Source of the DNA: Escherichia phage vB_EcoM_DE16
Length of the DNA: 64,000 nt
Reading direction: 5' to 3' (one strand)
Sequence record: OP595145.1
The notes under the pieces are model-generated. The model saw only the letters and a program-made list of their open reading frames with translations. It was not told the origin of the DNA and made no database searches. Positions 54,365 to 62,973 of this stretch are shown in pieces; position 1 is the stretch's first letter; each line of letters begins with the position of its first letter. The translations under genes were made by a program, and so were the position numbers.

Positions 54365-55339
54365 TTAAACAGCAGCTTCTTCTTTTTCAGGGAAGATAAA
54401 GCTTGCAATAACACCAAGAGCTAATGTGCCTAGAACAATCATCAGACTTACGTTAGGGGAAATATCATGCGGGAGGAATGACCACTTGGCATGAAGTGTT
54501 TCACCGAACGGGTGATACATAAGTTTAGCACCAACAAACACCAGAACCACAGCAACAGCTTTCTCTAAGTGAACCAGATATTTCACAGCTACACTTAACA
54601 CAAAGAAAAGTGCACGTAAACCAAGAACAGCCATCAGCATTGCAGAATAAACTAGCAGAGGTTCTTGTGTCACCCCGATCACAGCCGGAACTGAATCAAA
54701 AGAGAAGACAATATCTGTAAGCTCAATAACAAACACACAAAGAAGAGCAGGAGTTGCATATTTAATACCATTCTTAATGGTAATGAACTTTTCACCATCT
54801 AGTGCATTGTGCACAGGCAGAACTTTACCTACTAAACGAACAGCCCAATGCTTAGAGTAATCAATATCCTCTTCTTCGTCACCACCTTTGATGATAGCCA
54901 CGGCAGACCAAGCTACAATCAAACCGAACAACACTTGGACCGACCAATGAAGGTTAAACAAAGCGGTCCCTGCTGCAACAAAAATACCTCGGAAGACAAT
55001 GGCTCCTGCAATCCCCCAAAGTAAAATCTTATGTTGGAGATGTGTGCTCTTAATTCCAAAGCTTGCAAAAATTGCCATGAACACCATCAGGTTATCTACA
55101 GAAAGACTCTTTTCCAACACATAACCACTTAGGAAAAGCGCGGCAAACTCTTTACCATGTTCTACCCAAATGAATGCGTAATATCCTAAAGCTAAAGCAA
55201 TCCAAAAAACAGACCAAAGCAAAGCAGATTTAATTCCAATTTCTTTATTCTCTTTATGACCAAAGAAATCGATACCAATAGACAATGCCAAAATACCAAC
55301 TAAAACAACTACATCAATAATTGGGAAACCGAGTTGCAT
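54365..55339 (-). CDS. terC: TerC-family integral membrane protein
   Basis: 324 aa, multiple TM helices; conserved YVLEKSLSVDN and FSFDSVPAV motifs. Confidence 0.7.
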   Translation of the reverse strand: MQLGFPIIDVVVLVGILALSIGIDFFGHKENKEIGIKSALLWSVFWIALALGYYAFIWVEHGKEFAALFLSGYVLEKSLSVDNLMVFMAIFASFGIKSTHLQHKILLWGIAGAIVFRGIFVAAGTALFNLHWSVQVLFGLIVAWSAVAIIKGGDEEEDIDYSKHWAVRLVGKVLPVHNALDGEKFITIKNGIKYATPALLCVFVIELTDIVFSFDSVPAVIGVTQEPLLVYSAMLMAVLGLRALFFVLSVAVKYLVHLEKAVAVVLVFVGAKLMYHPFGETLHAKWSFLPHDISPNVSLMIVLGTLALGVIASFIFPEKEEAAV

Positions 55340-55386
55340 TCTTTTCTCCTCTCTTTGCGGGGAACTATTCCCCGCTTCATGTGATA

Positions 55387-55414
55387 TATCTTACTCTTTT
55401 TAAGAACTATGTCA
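55387..55414 (-). promoter_or_regulatory. sigma70-like promoter, TTGACA-N16-TAAGAT, upstream of terC
   Basis: Hexamers with 16-nt spacer; followed by a 5'-UTR hairpin GCGGGGA/TCCCCGC and RBS GAGGAG. Confidence 0.4.
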
Positions 55415-55418
55415 ACAC

Positions 55419-55640
55419 TTATTTTGTTGAATGAGAGGAAAAGATTCCTCGTAATACCGCCAGAATAAACGAAACACAAACCACGGTCCAGAAGGTTACT
55501 GGGACAGTGATATCTGCATGACCCATAACTTCAGCAACATAGTTGTAAGCCAGCAACAGTAACCAAGCTGGAATCAAACTAAGCATAAAAGCAATAACAA
55601 AAAAGCTTACCACTGCAACAATACCTGCAAAAACACCCAT
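55419..55640 (-). CDS. small membrane protein (2 TM)
   Basis: 73 aa, two hydrophobic helices. Confidence 0.4.
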   Translation of the reverse strand: MGVFAGIVAVVSFFVIAFMLSLIPAWLLLLAYNYVAEVMGHADITVPVTFWTVVCVSFILAVLRGIFSSHSTK

Positions 55641-55652
55641 ACTAATCTCCTC

Positions 55653-56126
55653 TTAAAGTTTATAAATAGTCACATCGTGACCTGTTTTTACTAAAGTTTC
55701 TTCAATCATCACTTGGATGATAGCCCAATTACCTCCGGCATGTCCCGCTCCAATCATAGGTAAACCGATCTTACATTTTTGGTCACGGAGAAGCAAATCA
55801 TTAGCCATAGCTATTAGTGCATCGTATAGGGCATCATAGTCCAACTGACGACCTTTAGCATTATATCCGTAACGGTATTGCCCGTATAGATTATATACCA
55901 AAGGGTCTGATTGTTCGTCTGGCACCCCTAAACTAAAAGAACCTAACTTACTTTGATCACCAGCCATTGTGTCTAAATCTGCCGCATATGCATAAGGGAA
56001 TGCTCGTTTAATTTGCGGAGCAATTCCTGCCCCCATATTACACATACAATTGCAACAATGAGCAATAACAGTTACTTCACCTGCTTTAGCGGCATCAATA
56101 AGATTACCTGTTTTCATTTTAAGCAT
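55653..56126 (-). CDS. macro domain protein (ADP-ribose binding / hydrolase-like)
   Basis: 157 aa; N-terminal NLIDAAKAGEVTVIAHCCNCMCNMGAGIA and later LPMIGAGHAGGN follow the macro-domain glycine-rich pattern. Confidence 0.5.
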   Translation of the reverse strand: MLKMKTGNLIDAAKAGEVTVIAHCCNCMCNMGAGIAPQIKRAFPYAYAADLDTMAGDQSKLGSFSLGVPDEQSDPLVYNLYGQYRYGYNAKGRQLDYDALYDALIAMANDLLLRDQKCKIGLPMIGAGHAGGNWAIIQVMIEETLVKTGHDVTIYKL

Positions 56127-56138
56127 TTTAGCTCCTTA

Positions 56139-56966
56139 TTACAGAATGTGTTGTTTTGTGTAACGATCCAAGAATTCAAAGTTTTCAGCATACTTTGAAA
56201 TTCGGTTGTAACCTTCTCCCAAACATCCGAAGAAAAGTTGCTCTACATAGTAGTGTGGCAATTGGCTAAGAATGATTTTGAAGTCTTCGTGATTTTGGCC
56301 CATAAGATACTTAATAGGACGAACAAGACACTGTGCATCACGTTCTTCATTAATCATTTTAACAAACGCTTCTGGTGTATTAATATAATTAAAATTCAGT
56401 TTAGCTTCGGTATCTGCTTGATTACCTTCATATTTTGCAAAATACAAGAAGTAAACATCATTTTTAACTTGATTTTCATCAAGGATCTCAATCAGTTTGT
56501 CTTCATGAGTTCCAGTGATATTTACATCATCAATAAACACAAGCTTCTTATCACCCCAGAATTCTTTGTTGCAGTAGAATGTATCCCCATCGATAAGTTT
56601 CTTACGACTAGCTTTATCCAAGAAACCATAATCGTTGATATAGCTAACTTTACGATGAATAATATCCAGTTCTGCTGAACGACCTTGATCATATTGTGAT
56701 TGCAACATATTAAAGTAATTAATAAAATGATCTGTCATCATTGTTGCAGCATTATGCACATGGTTGTAAGGAGAAGGAATGATAACAAATTGTTCCCCAA
56801 TATGTTTCATTGCCACTTGAGCAAAAAACTGAAGTGCCAATTCTTTACCCATACGACGCGCAGCCTGGTTACTACCAAATTTCAATTTTGAATAATCTTG
56901 GATATCAAAAGTAGCAGTTTCCAGGTCATCAAATTTATTTGCAAAAATTTGAGTTTGATTACGCAT
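56139..56966 (-). CDS. phosphoribosyltransferase-like protein
   Basis: 275 aa; PRPP-binding-like loop KLVFIDDVNITGTH. Confidence 0.45.
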   Translation of the reverse strand: MRNQTQIFANKFDDLETATFDIQDYSKLKFGSNQAARRMGKELALQFFAQVAMKHIGEQFVIIPSPYNHVHNAATMMTDHFINYFNMLQSQYDQGRSAELDIIHRKVSYINDYGFLDKASRKKLIDGDTFYCNKEFWGDKKLVFIDDVNITGTHEDKLIEILDENQVKNDVYFLYFAKYEGNQADTEAKLNFNYINTPEAFVKMINEERDAQCLVRPIKYLMGQNHEDFKIILSQLPHYYVEQLFFGCLGEGYNRISKYAENFEFLDRYTKQHIL

Positions 56967-57636
56967 TTACAATTTCTCCTCTTTTAAGTTTCTCTAGTAA
57001 GTCGTTAGGGTTCTTAATATGACAGAAGTTAATCCCTATGTCAACACATTTACCATCAAATTCTTCGCTGTCCCCAACATGTAAAATCTCTTCAGCCTTC
57101 AAAGGAATGCTTGAATATGTGGCGGTCCTAACAAAGAATCTAGGATCTGGTTTACACAACAGATGTTCGTCTGAAAAATGCATAAATTCAAAACAATTCC
57201 AACTGTCGAACATACAAGCACGACGCAAAATATCCCCAGATATAAAATTAGTATTGCTTTTAATACTAAGATCATATTTACCAGACAAGTATAGCAAACA
57301 AACTGGCAAATCTAAAGCAATATGTGGAGGAAATTTAAGAAACCATTGCTCACACTCAAAACGCATTTGTGCAGATTCTACAGGGGTTAAACCTATCTTT
57401 CTTCCCAACATATTCCATGCATATGCTACACCTTCTGCACACCCATTTAGTGCAGCATTATCCATAATTTCTTTGGCATCTTTATATGCTTCTTTTGCCG
57501 CACGTTCAGACATTCTACCATATGTAGCAATAGTGTGCGTACGTGCATCTGCATAGTTTTGATTGGCAGAAATAAGAGTATTCCATACATCAAAAGAGAT
57601 ATGTTTTATTGTCATACTAGGCCCACCATGCATCAA
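56959..57636 (-). CDS. HAD-superfamily hydrolase-like protein
   Basis: 225 aa; motif I-like ISFDVWNTL and motif IV-like HVGDSEEFD. Confidence 0.4.
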   Translation of the reverse strand: MMHGGPSMTIKHISFDVWNTLISANQNYADARTHTIATYGRMSERAAKEAYKDAKEIMDNAALNGCAEGVAYAWNMLGRKIGLTPVESAQMRFECEQWFLKFPPHIALDLPVCLLYLSGKYDLSIKSNTNFISGDILRRACMFDSWNCFEFMHFSDEHLLCKPDPRFFVRTATYSSIPLKAEEILHVGDSEEFDGKCVDIGINFCHIKNPNDLLEKLKRGEIVNA

Positions 57637-58222
57637 GATTTAAGTTACTGTCTACCACAACTTGTTCTATGTGGTAGCCTTTTATCTGTATGCCACTGTT
57701 CAAGAGCATATCATATGCTTCATTGAAACGCAACTTATCTTCTGCGGAATATAAGCGAGCATTATAAAATCGGTAATCAATTTCTTCAGCATTAGAAGAA
57801 ATACGGAAGAAGTTTGTTTCTACTTCGGGATCACTTGCTGAAGTCTTAATGTGAACTTCTCCATAATTTTCTTTACTTAGATCCATGAAAAGAACACAGG
57901 CAACATGTTTAAACATTCGTTCCAGTTTGTAACGAACAACATTGAAACCTGCATTCTCAAGTTTTTCTACACACTGCAACATTAAAGTAGTGTCGAGATC
58001 GCTTTGATACTTTGTTAACATACGATCACGTTGAGACTTTGTATCCCGATGTAAATCAATTGTTGTGCATTTTGCACCAATAATCTTAGCTGCTTTCATC
58101 AACTCTTCAGAACTAACGTTAGATAAAGTAAGATGAAAATGGGCTTTCCACACTTTTTTAGCAGGGACACCAAAAGATTTATCCCCACTATTCGGCATGT
58201 TGACTACTACACTATGTTGCAT
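57617..58222 (-). CDS. hypothetical protein
   Basis: 201 aa ORF. Confidence 0.4.
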   Translation of the reverse strand: MQHSVVVNMPNSGDKSFGVPAKKVWKAHFHLTLSNVSSEELMKAAKIIGAKCTTIDLHRDTKSQRDRMLTKYQSDLDTTLMLQCVEKLENAGFNVVRYKLERMFKHVACVLFMDLSKENYGEVHIKTSASDPEVETNFFRISSNAEEIDYRFYNARLYSAEDKLRFNEAYDMLLNSGIQIKGYHIEQVVVDSNLNLDAWWA

Positions 58223-58237
58223 TACTTATCTCCTCAC

Positions 58238-58429
58238 TTAAAATGGAAGTCTTTGAAGTTCATCTCCTCCGATATCAAGTAATTTAGCAACATCTCGATC
58301 AGAAAGCAACTCTTTTCTTTGTAAAATATCCACAAGGGTTGCAAGAATGTCCTTAACGTCCCGATCACTGTTCTTCAAAAGTTCTCCTGCCGTCCCTACT
58401 TTATCTCCTACAGCAAAATATGTAACCAT
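58238..58429 (-). CDS. hypothetical small protein
   Basis: Start re-assigned to ATG (MVTYF) after TAGGAGG; 63 aa. Confidence 0.35.
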   Translation of the reverse strand: MVTYFAVGDKVGTAGELLKNSDRDVKDILATLVDILQRKELLSDRDVAKLLDIGGDELQRLPF

Positions 58430-58442
58430 GAAACCTCCTAAG

Positions 58443-58913
58443 TTAATCTGATTGCCAACCACTTGCCGTTTTGGTCCATAATCTTTGATTATCTGACCCT
58501 CTGAAAGGTTTTGTAGTTGGATTGTTTATTTCATACTTTCCGTCTACAATAATGTCAACAAGATTTTTAATATATAAAGGCACTTCCTCAAAAGTATATC
58601 CTGTATACACCATTATATCTTTGCTTGACCCATAAACGTCTCTAACCTTTTCTATAAGGCTTTTAACATTGTAAATATTCTGCGGATCTAATGGTTCTCC
58701 TCCTAAAATTGTTAAACCTTTTACAAACGGTCTTGACAAATCTTTTAAAACTTGCTCTACATTTTCGTGAGTAAATGGTTTCCCGTAAGAATAAGACCAG
58801 GCTTTCTGGTTAAAACAGCCACGACAACCGTGGCTACAACCACTAACCCAGAGGGAGCACCTAACTCCCTCACCATTAATAAGATCTACAGGTTCATATC
58901 CTGCAAAATTCAA
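58443..58913 (-). CDS. nrdG: anaerobic ribonucleotide reductase activating protein (radical SAM)
   Basis: 156 aa; CSHGCRGC CxxxCxxC cluster; directly downstream of nrdD with overlapping stop/start. Confidence 0.8.
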   Translation of the reverse strand: MNFAGYEPVDLINGEGVRCSLWVSGCSHGCRGCFNQKAWSYSYGKPFTHENVEQVLKDLSRPFVKGLTILGGEPLDPQNIYNVKSLIEKVRDVYGSSKDIMVYTGYTFEEVPLYIKNLVDIIVDGKYEINNPTTKPFRGSDNQRLWTKTASGWQSD

Positions 58914-60724
58914 AGATGTTTCTCCCTTTGCAAAACTTCCTGCATTTTACCTTTGTTATAAGGCCGTGAATTAGGGGCAGAAAGATACCCTGATACACGT
59001 CTAACTACAGAAATAGTTTCTTCTTCATGGTTGCCACAATCAGGGCACTCAAACCCTTTAGCCGTTGCCTTAAATTCTCCATGAAAACCACACTTAAAGC
59101 ATTGATCCACGGGCTGATTAATACCAAAATAGTGAATATGTTCATAAGCGTAGTCTACTAAAGTCTCCAAAGCTTCTAAGTTATTCTTTAAGTTTGGTGT
59201 TTCGACATAACTTATGTTACCACCATTGCTAATCTGTGCAAAACCTGCTTCATAATCCCATTTTTCAAAAGGATTTGTTACCAACCATACAGGTTGATGA
59301 AAAGAGTTGGTAAGATAGTCTCTTTCTACCAAACCTGGGTATTTTTCATTTAAAGCTGTTGCAAACTTATAGCACAAGGATTCTGCTGGAGTTCCATAGA
59401 GACTAAACGCCAGTTTAGATCGTTCTTTAAACACAGCACACACATCTTTCATATGTTGCAGAATGTTTTTACCAAGTTCCTTTTTATCTTTTTCTTCTGG
59501 ATAAAGGATTTCCAAAGCTTCAGCAAGACCTACATAACCAATACTAATAGAAGCATAACCATCTTCAAACAAAACACCAATTTCATCGTTGGCATTTAAA
59601 CGCGCTAAAGCCCCTTCCATGAAAAGAATAGGGTTTTCAGATGCTTTGGTATGTCTAATACGGTTTACACGTAGCATGTGAGCATCATAGGCTATCTCCA
59701 TATGCTTATTAAGAAGATCGGTGAAAGATTCTCCTTTGCTTCTCGCTTCCGCAGCAATCAGAGGCAAGTTGATAGAAACTACTCCAAGGTTGAATCGTCC
59801 ATCATATTTTTCTCCTTGTTCTGTGGCATAGTACGACAAAAAGGAACGACAGCCCATACTCGTAACGGTACCATCTGCTGATCCCGTAACTTCTTTGTTC
59901 AAAGGAACAGAAATAAAATCTGGATAAATACGATCAGCACAACATGCCAAAGCTTGTTGCTTAAGGTCATAGTTAGGATCACTAGGTTTCATGTTAACAC
60001 CTTCTTGTAAAAAGAAAATAACTTTAGGGAATACAGGCGTTACATGATCTTTGCCTAGACCATTACTATGCACTTTAAGATAGTTAGCTGTGATCATTCT
60101 GCCAAAAACAGAGGTATCCAGACCCATACTGATTGTAATAAAAGGAGATTGTCCATTTACACTCATTAAAGTATTAACCTGATACAAGAGAGTTTGCATA
60201 GCATCATATACATCTTGTTCAGTCATTTCTAGGGCTTCTTTCCTTGCATAACAACCGTAGCGACGTTTGGTTATCTCCATGTTTTTAAGGAAACTAGCTT
60301 CAACATAAGGACTAAGACCTTTATCAATGTGCGCACACGTCTGACCGCCATACTGACTGGAGGCAACAGCTTGGATGATTTGAGTTAGCACTGTAGTAGC
60401 TACTCCAATAGATTTTGGTTTTTCTATCTGTGCAGCACCGATCTTAAAACCATTCTCTAACATATCTTGATAATTAACAAGACAACAGTTTGTAAGAGGA
60501 GAGAGTAGATAATCCAAGTCGTGAATATGTCCAAAACCTTCTGTATGCCATTCTGACAAGTTTTTTGGCAGTATCTGTGTCATTGCCATATGTTTGCTTA
60601 AAATCCCCGCCAAGAGATCCCTGTGCGTGTTAACGAGGTGGGAAGGTTTGTTTGCATTCTCTCTAGTGTATGTTTCTGAAGTGCGATCTAAAAAAGAAAA
60701 AACATCTTGGTACAAATCTTTCAT
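58910..60724 (-). CDS. nrdD: anaerobic ribonucleoside-triphosphate reductase
   Basis: 604 aa; C-terminal CxxC...CPDCG zinc ribbon and glycyl radical motif RRVSGY. Confidence 0.85.
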   Translation of the reverse strand: MKDLYQDVFSFLDRTSETYTRENANKPSHLVNTHRDLLAGILSKHMAMTQILPKNLSEWHTEGFGHIHDLDYLLSPLTNCCLVNYQDMLENGFKIGAAQIEKPKSIGVATTVLTQIIQAVASSQYGGQTCAHIDKGLSPYVEASFLKNMEITKRRYGCYARKEALEMTEQDVYDAMQTLLYQVNTLMSVNGQSPFITISMGLDTSVFGRMITANYLKVHSNGLGKDHVTPVFPKVIFFLQEGVNMKPSDPNYDLKQQALACCADRIYPDFISVPLNKEVTGSADGTVTSMGCRSFLSYYATEQGEKYDGRFNLGVVSINLPLIAAEARSKGESFTDLLNKHMEIAYDAHMLRVNRIRHTKASENPILFMEGALARLNANDEIGVLFEDGYASISIGYVGLAEALEILYPEEKDKKELGKNILQHMKDVCAVFKERSKLAFSLYGTPAESLCYKFATALNEKYPGLVERDYLTNSFHQPVWLVTNPFEKWDYEAGFAQISNGGNISYVETPNLKNNLEALETLVDYAYEHIHYFGINQPVDQCFKCGFHGEFKATAKGFECPDCGNHEEETISVVRRVSGYLSAPNSRPYNKGKMQEVLQREKHL

Positions 60725-60792
60725 TATTAATCCTTATTTTGTGAGTAGAACTATTATTCTACCTCTTTCAACCGAAAAAAGCTTTGAGGGAA

Positions 60793-60820
60793 ATCAAAAA
60801 AGGCGCAAAGTGCGCCTTTA
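60793..60820 (-). terminator. rho-independent terminator between the 60825 gene and nrdD
   Basis: GGCGCA/TGCGCC hairpin followed on the minus strand by TTTTTT. Confidence 0.6.
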
Positions 60821-60824
60821 AGTT

Positions 60825-62174
60825 TTATCGTTTGGAGAGGAATTGTCTTCCCATGATCTTACCATTCTTTACAGCGGTCCCATCATGTCCATTATAATCC
60901 CAAGTTCCGTCGATATTACGCAAGAAACTATCACGAACAGTGTAGGCTTTACCGTTCTCTACTTTACTTTCTTCCACAATGATCGCCATAACAAGCTTAT
61001 TTTCAATTTCGGTAGTAACCGATTCTTTGATACCCTCTGTAACTTCACGATCATATTGGATATAAACTCGCTCCTCAGTCACTTGCACGTCTACCACATT
61101 TTTAAATGTGTAGGTCTGTTGTGTAGTGTAGAGGACACGAACGACACTCTTCTTACCTACTGGCGGCTTCTGACGACGTTTGCGGTAACGTGGAGACGGG
61201 TTAAGTTTAATATAGCCTACAATGTCTGATCCATCTCCAGAGTGGCTCCAATAAAGTGTCTCTGCCAACAAACCTTTTCCTTGGTCCCCATTTCGAAAAA
61301 GAACATCAACAGGACCATCACAAGGGCGTTTACCTCCGATGTGGGCTTGGTATTTTGCTGTTCTTGGGAGAACAAAATATTCTTCAATCTGCCATTCACT
61401 ATCGTATTTCTCCCACTCAAAGTGGTTGGCTTTGCATACTTCTAAAACACCATTTTTGTAACGGACTTGAACAAAGTCCTCACAAGGTTGAATACCTGTA
61501 TTAGGAATATAGGTAGGCTCTGTGTCTTCTGGTTCAAAAGTCTCTTTTTGTTGTTCCACATCTTCCACTTTTCTTACATGCTTAGTATAAAACATATCTT
61601 TAAACTCCTGTGCTTCAACCTCAACTGCAAATTCATGTTCTCTGACAGCCGGAGGCACAAGGCTTCCACACTCAAGATGTAGAGCATCCAGACCTGCCAT
61701 TTTATCGTAAAAGATAACTTTTCGATACTTCTTACCGTCTTCTGGAATAGCAGGGTCTACTCGTTTAAGACGGGAAGCATCGCTTTTAGTCCAAAAACTC
61801 TTCCCTGTTGTATTATTGAAAGTAGTAATCATTTCTCCAATTTCTTCTTCAGAAAGGTTACTAGTGTCTGTGTAAACATCTTCAATTTTTAGCATTTTAG
61901 TTTTCTTAAAAATTAAATCTAGCATTGCATCTCCTGTAAAACGTAGTTCATTATCTCCTACTGTCGGCTCTCCAGTAAATTCATCGGTCCCGACTGTGTG
62001 ACAGATGTATGGAAAATTTGTGCAACCGTGTAAAAGAGCATATTGTCCTGTAAGTTTAGGATCTGTCTCTTTAGTCCAACCATATGCAATCTCAATAGCT
62101 TTGCAAAGCTTATCGAACAAGCCCCGATTGTTTGCCGCTGTTACCAAATCTTGCTTATGTGCATATACATTCAT
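60825..62174 (-). CDS. hypothetical protein
   Basis: 449 aa ORF; no motif recognised. Confidence 0.45.
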   Translation of the reverse strand: MNVYAHKQDLVTAANNRGLFDKLCKAIEIAYGWTKETDPKLTGQYALLHGCTNFPYICHTVGTDEFTGEPTVGDNELRFTGDAMLDLIFKKTKMLKIEDVYTDTSNLSEEEIGEMITTFNNTTGKSFWTKSDASRLKRVDPAIPEDGKKYRKVIFYDKMAGLDALHLECGSLVPPAVREHEFAVEVEAQEFKDMFYTKHVRKVEDVEQQKETFEPEDTEPTYIPNTGIQPCEDFVQVRYKNGVLEVCKANHFEWEKYDSEWQIEEYFVLPRTAKYQAHIGGKRPCDGPVDVLFRNGDQGKGLLAETLYWSHSGDGSDIVGYIKLNPSPRYRKRRQKPPVGKKSVVRVLYTTQQTYTFKNVVDVQVTEERVYIQYDREVTEGIKESVTTEIENKLVMAIIVEESKVENGKAYTVRDSFLRNIDGTWDYNGHDGTAVKNGKIMGRQFLSKR

Positions 62175-62725
62175 AATAACCCTCCTCGTTTTATTGCAAT
62201 AGATGCCCTAGGCTCTGCGATACCAGTGGCGTATAAATATGGATGACCTTGTGGAGAAGTTCTCATCCCAAACGAACCTAATTCTAACCCATACATATCT
62301 TCCACGTCAAGACCAATATCTGTCTCTATGATTTGAGTTTGAACTTTGTAATACGTCCAAAAGAAATAGCGCATAGTTTCGGCATATTCTTTGACGGACG
62401 CTCCTGGATAAAACTCAATAATTTCCAACTTTAAGAAAATGTTAAAATGAGCATCATCCAATTCTTCTTCTGTTCGGTAGCAAGGTGTTAGAGCCATATA
62501 AGGATGATCTGTTGAAAATTCAAACCCATCTTTCTCCATCTGGAGGAAAGACTGCTCTGCACTGGCTACGTAGAACTTACCATTAGGATGCCCCAAGGGG
62601 CGATCCTCTTTACCTTCTGGTAATGTATATGCAAGGATATCCGCATCTACAAGATAAGGGACTTCCAACATCTCCGCAAATCGCCCGTAGTAATCAATAG
62701 CTTGAGCAATAACAGCTACGTTCAT
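62171..62725 (-). CDS. hypothetical protein
   Basis: 184 aa ORF; ATGA overlap with downstream gene. Confidence 0.4.
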   Translation of the reverse strand: MNVAVIAQAIDYYGRFAEMLEVPYLVDADILAYTLPEGKEDRPLGHPNGKFYVASAEQSFLQMEKDGFEFSTDHPYMALTPCYRTEEELDDAHFNIFLKLEIIEFYPGASVKEYAETMRYFFWTYYKVQTQIIETDIGLDVEDMYGLELGSFGMRTSPQGHPYLYATGIAEPRASIAIKRGGLL

Positions 62726-62973
62726 GATCTTCCTCCTGTGCGGAAAGCGCGTTTAGTAATGTTGGACATAATGATTAAATCTTGTAAAGTCATATCTGGG
62801 AACTGTTGTTCTAAAACTCCCTCAACAGCACCTATAATATCTGACAATTCAACAAGTTGCATTATTTTGCAATCCTGTTCAACAGCATCAAAAAGTTCTT
62901 CTACTTCCTCTTTAATCTTTTCTATGCTGCCATAAGGTTGTTTCTTAATGTCTGTTATGTGATACCCCGCCAT
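62722..62973 (-). CDS. small acidic helical protein (possible MazG-like NTP pyrophosphohydrolase domain)
   Basis: 83 aa; EEVEELFDAVEQD and ELSDIIGAVEG acidic helices; weak. Confidence 0.25.
   Translation of the reverse strand: MAGYHITDIKKQPYGSIEKIKEEVEELFDAVEQDCKIMQLVELSDIIGAVEGVLEQQFPDMTLQDLIIMSNITKRAFRTGGRS

Noticed and set aside
5043-58462. Track start codons at 5043, 37328, 46875, 47174, 49987, 53863 and 58462
   Set aside because: Each would overlap the upstream gene substantially or lacks an RBS; downstream in-frame starts with good Shine-Dalgarno spacing were preferred (see features)
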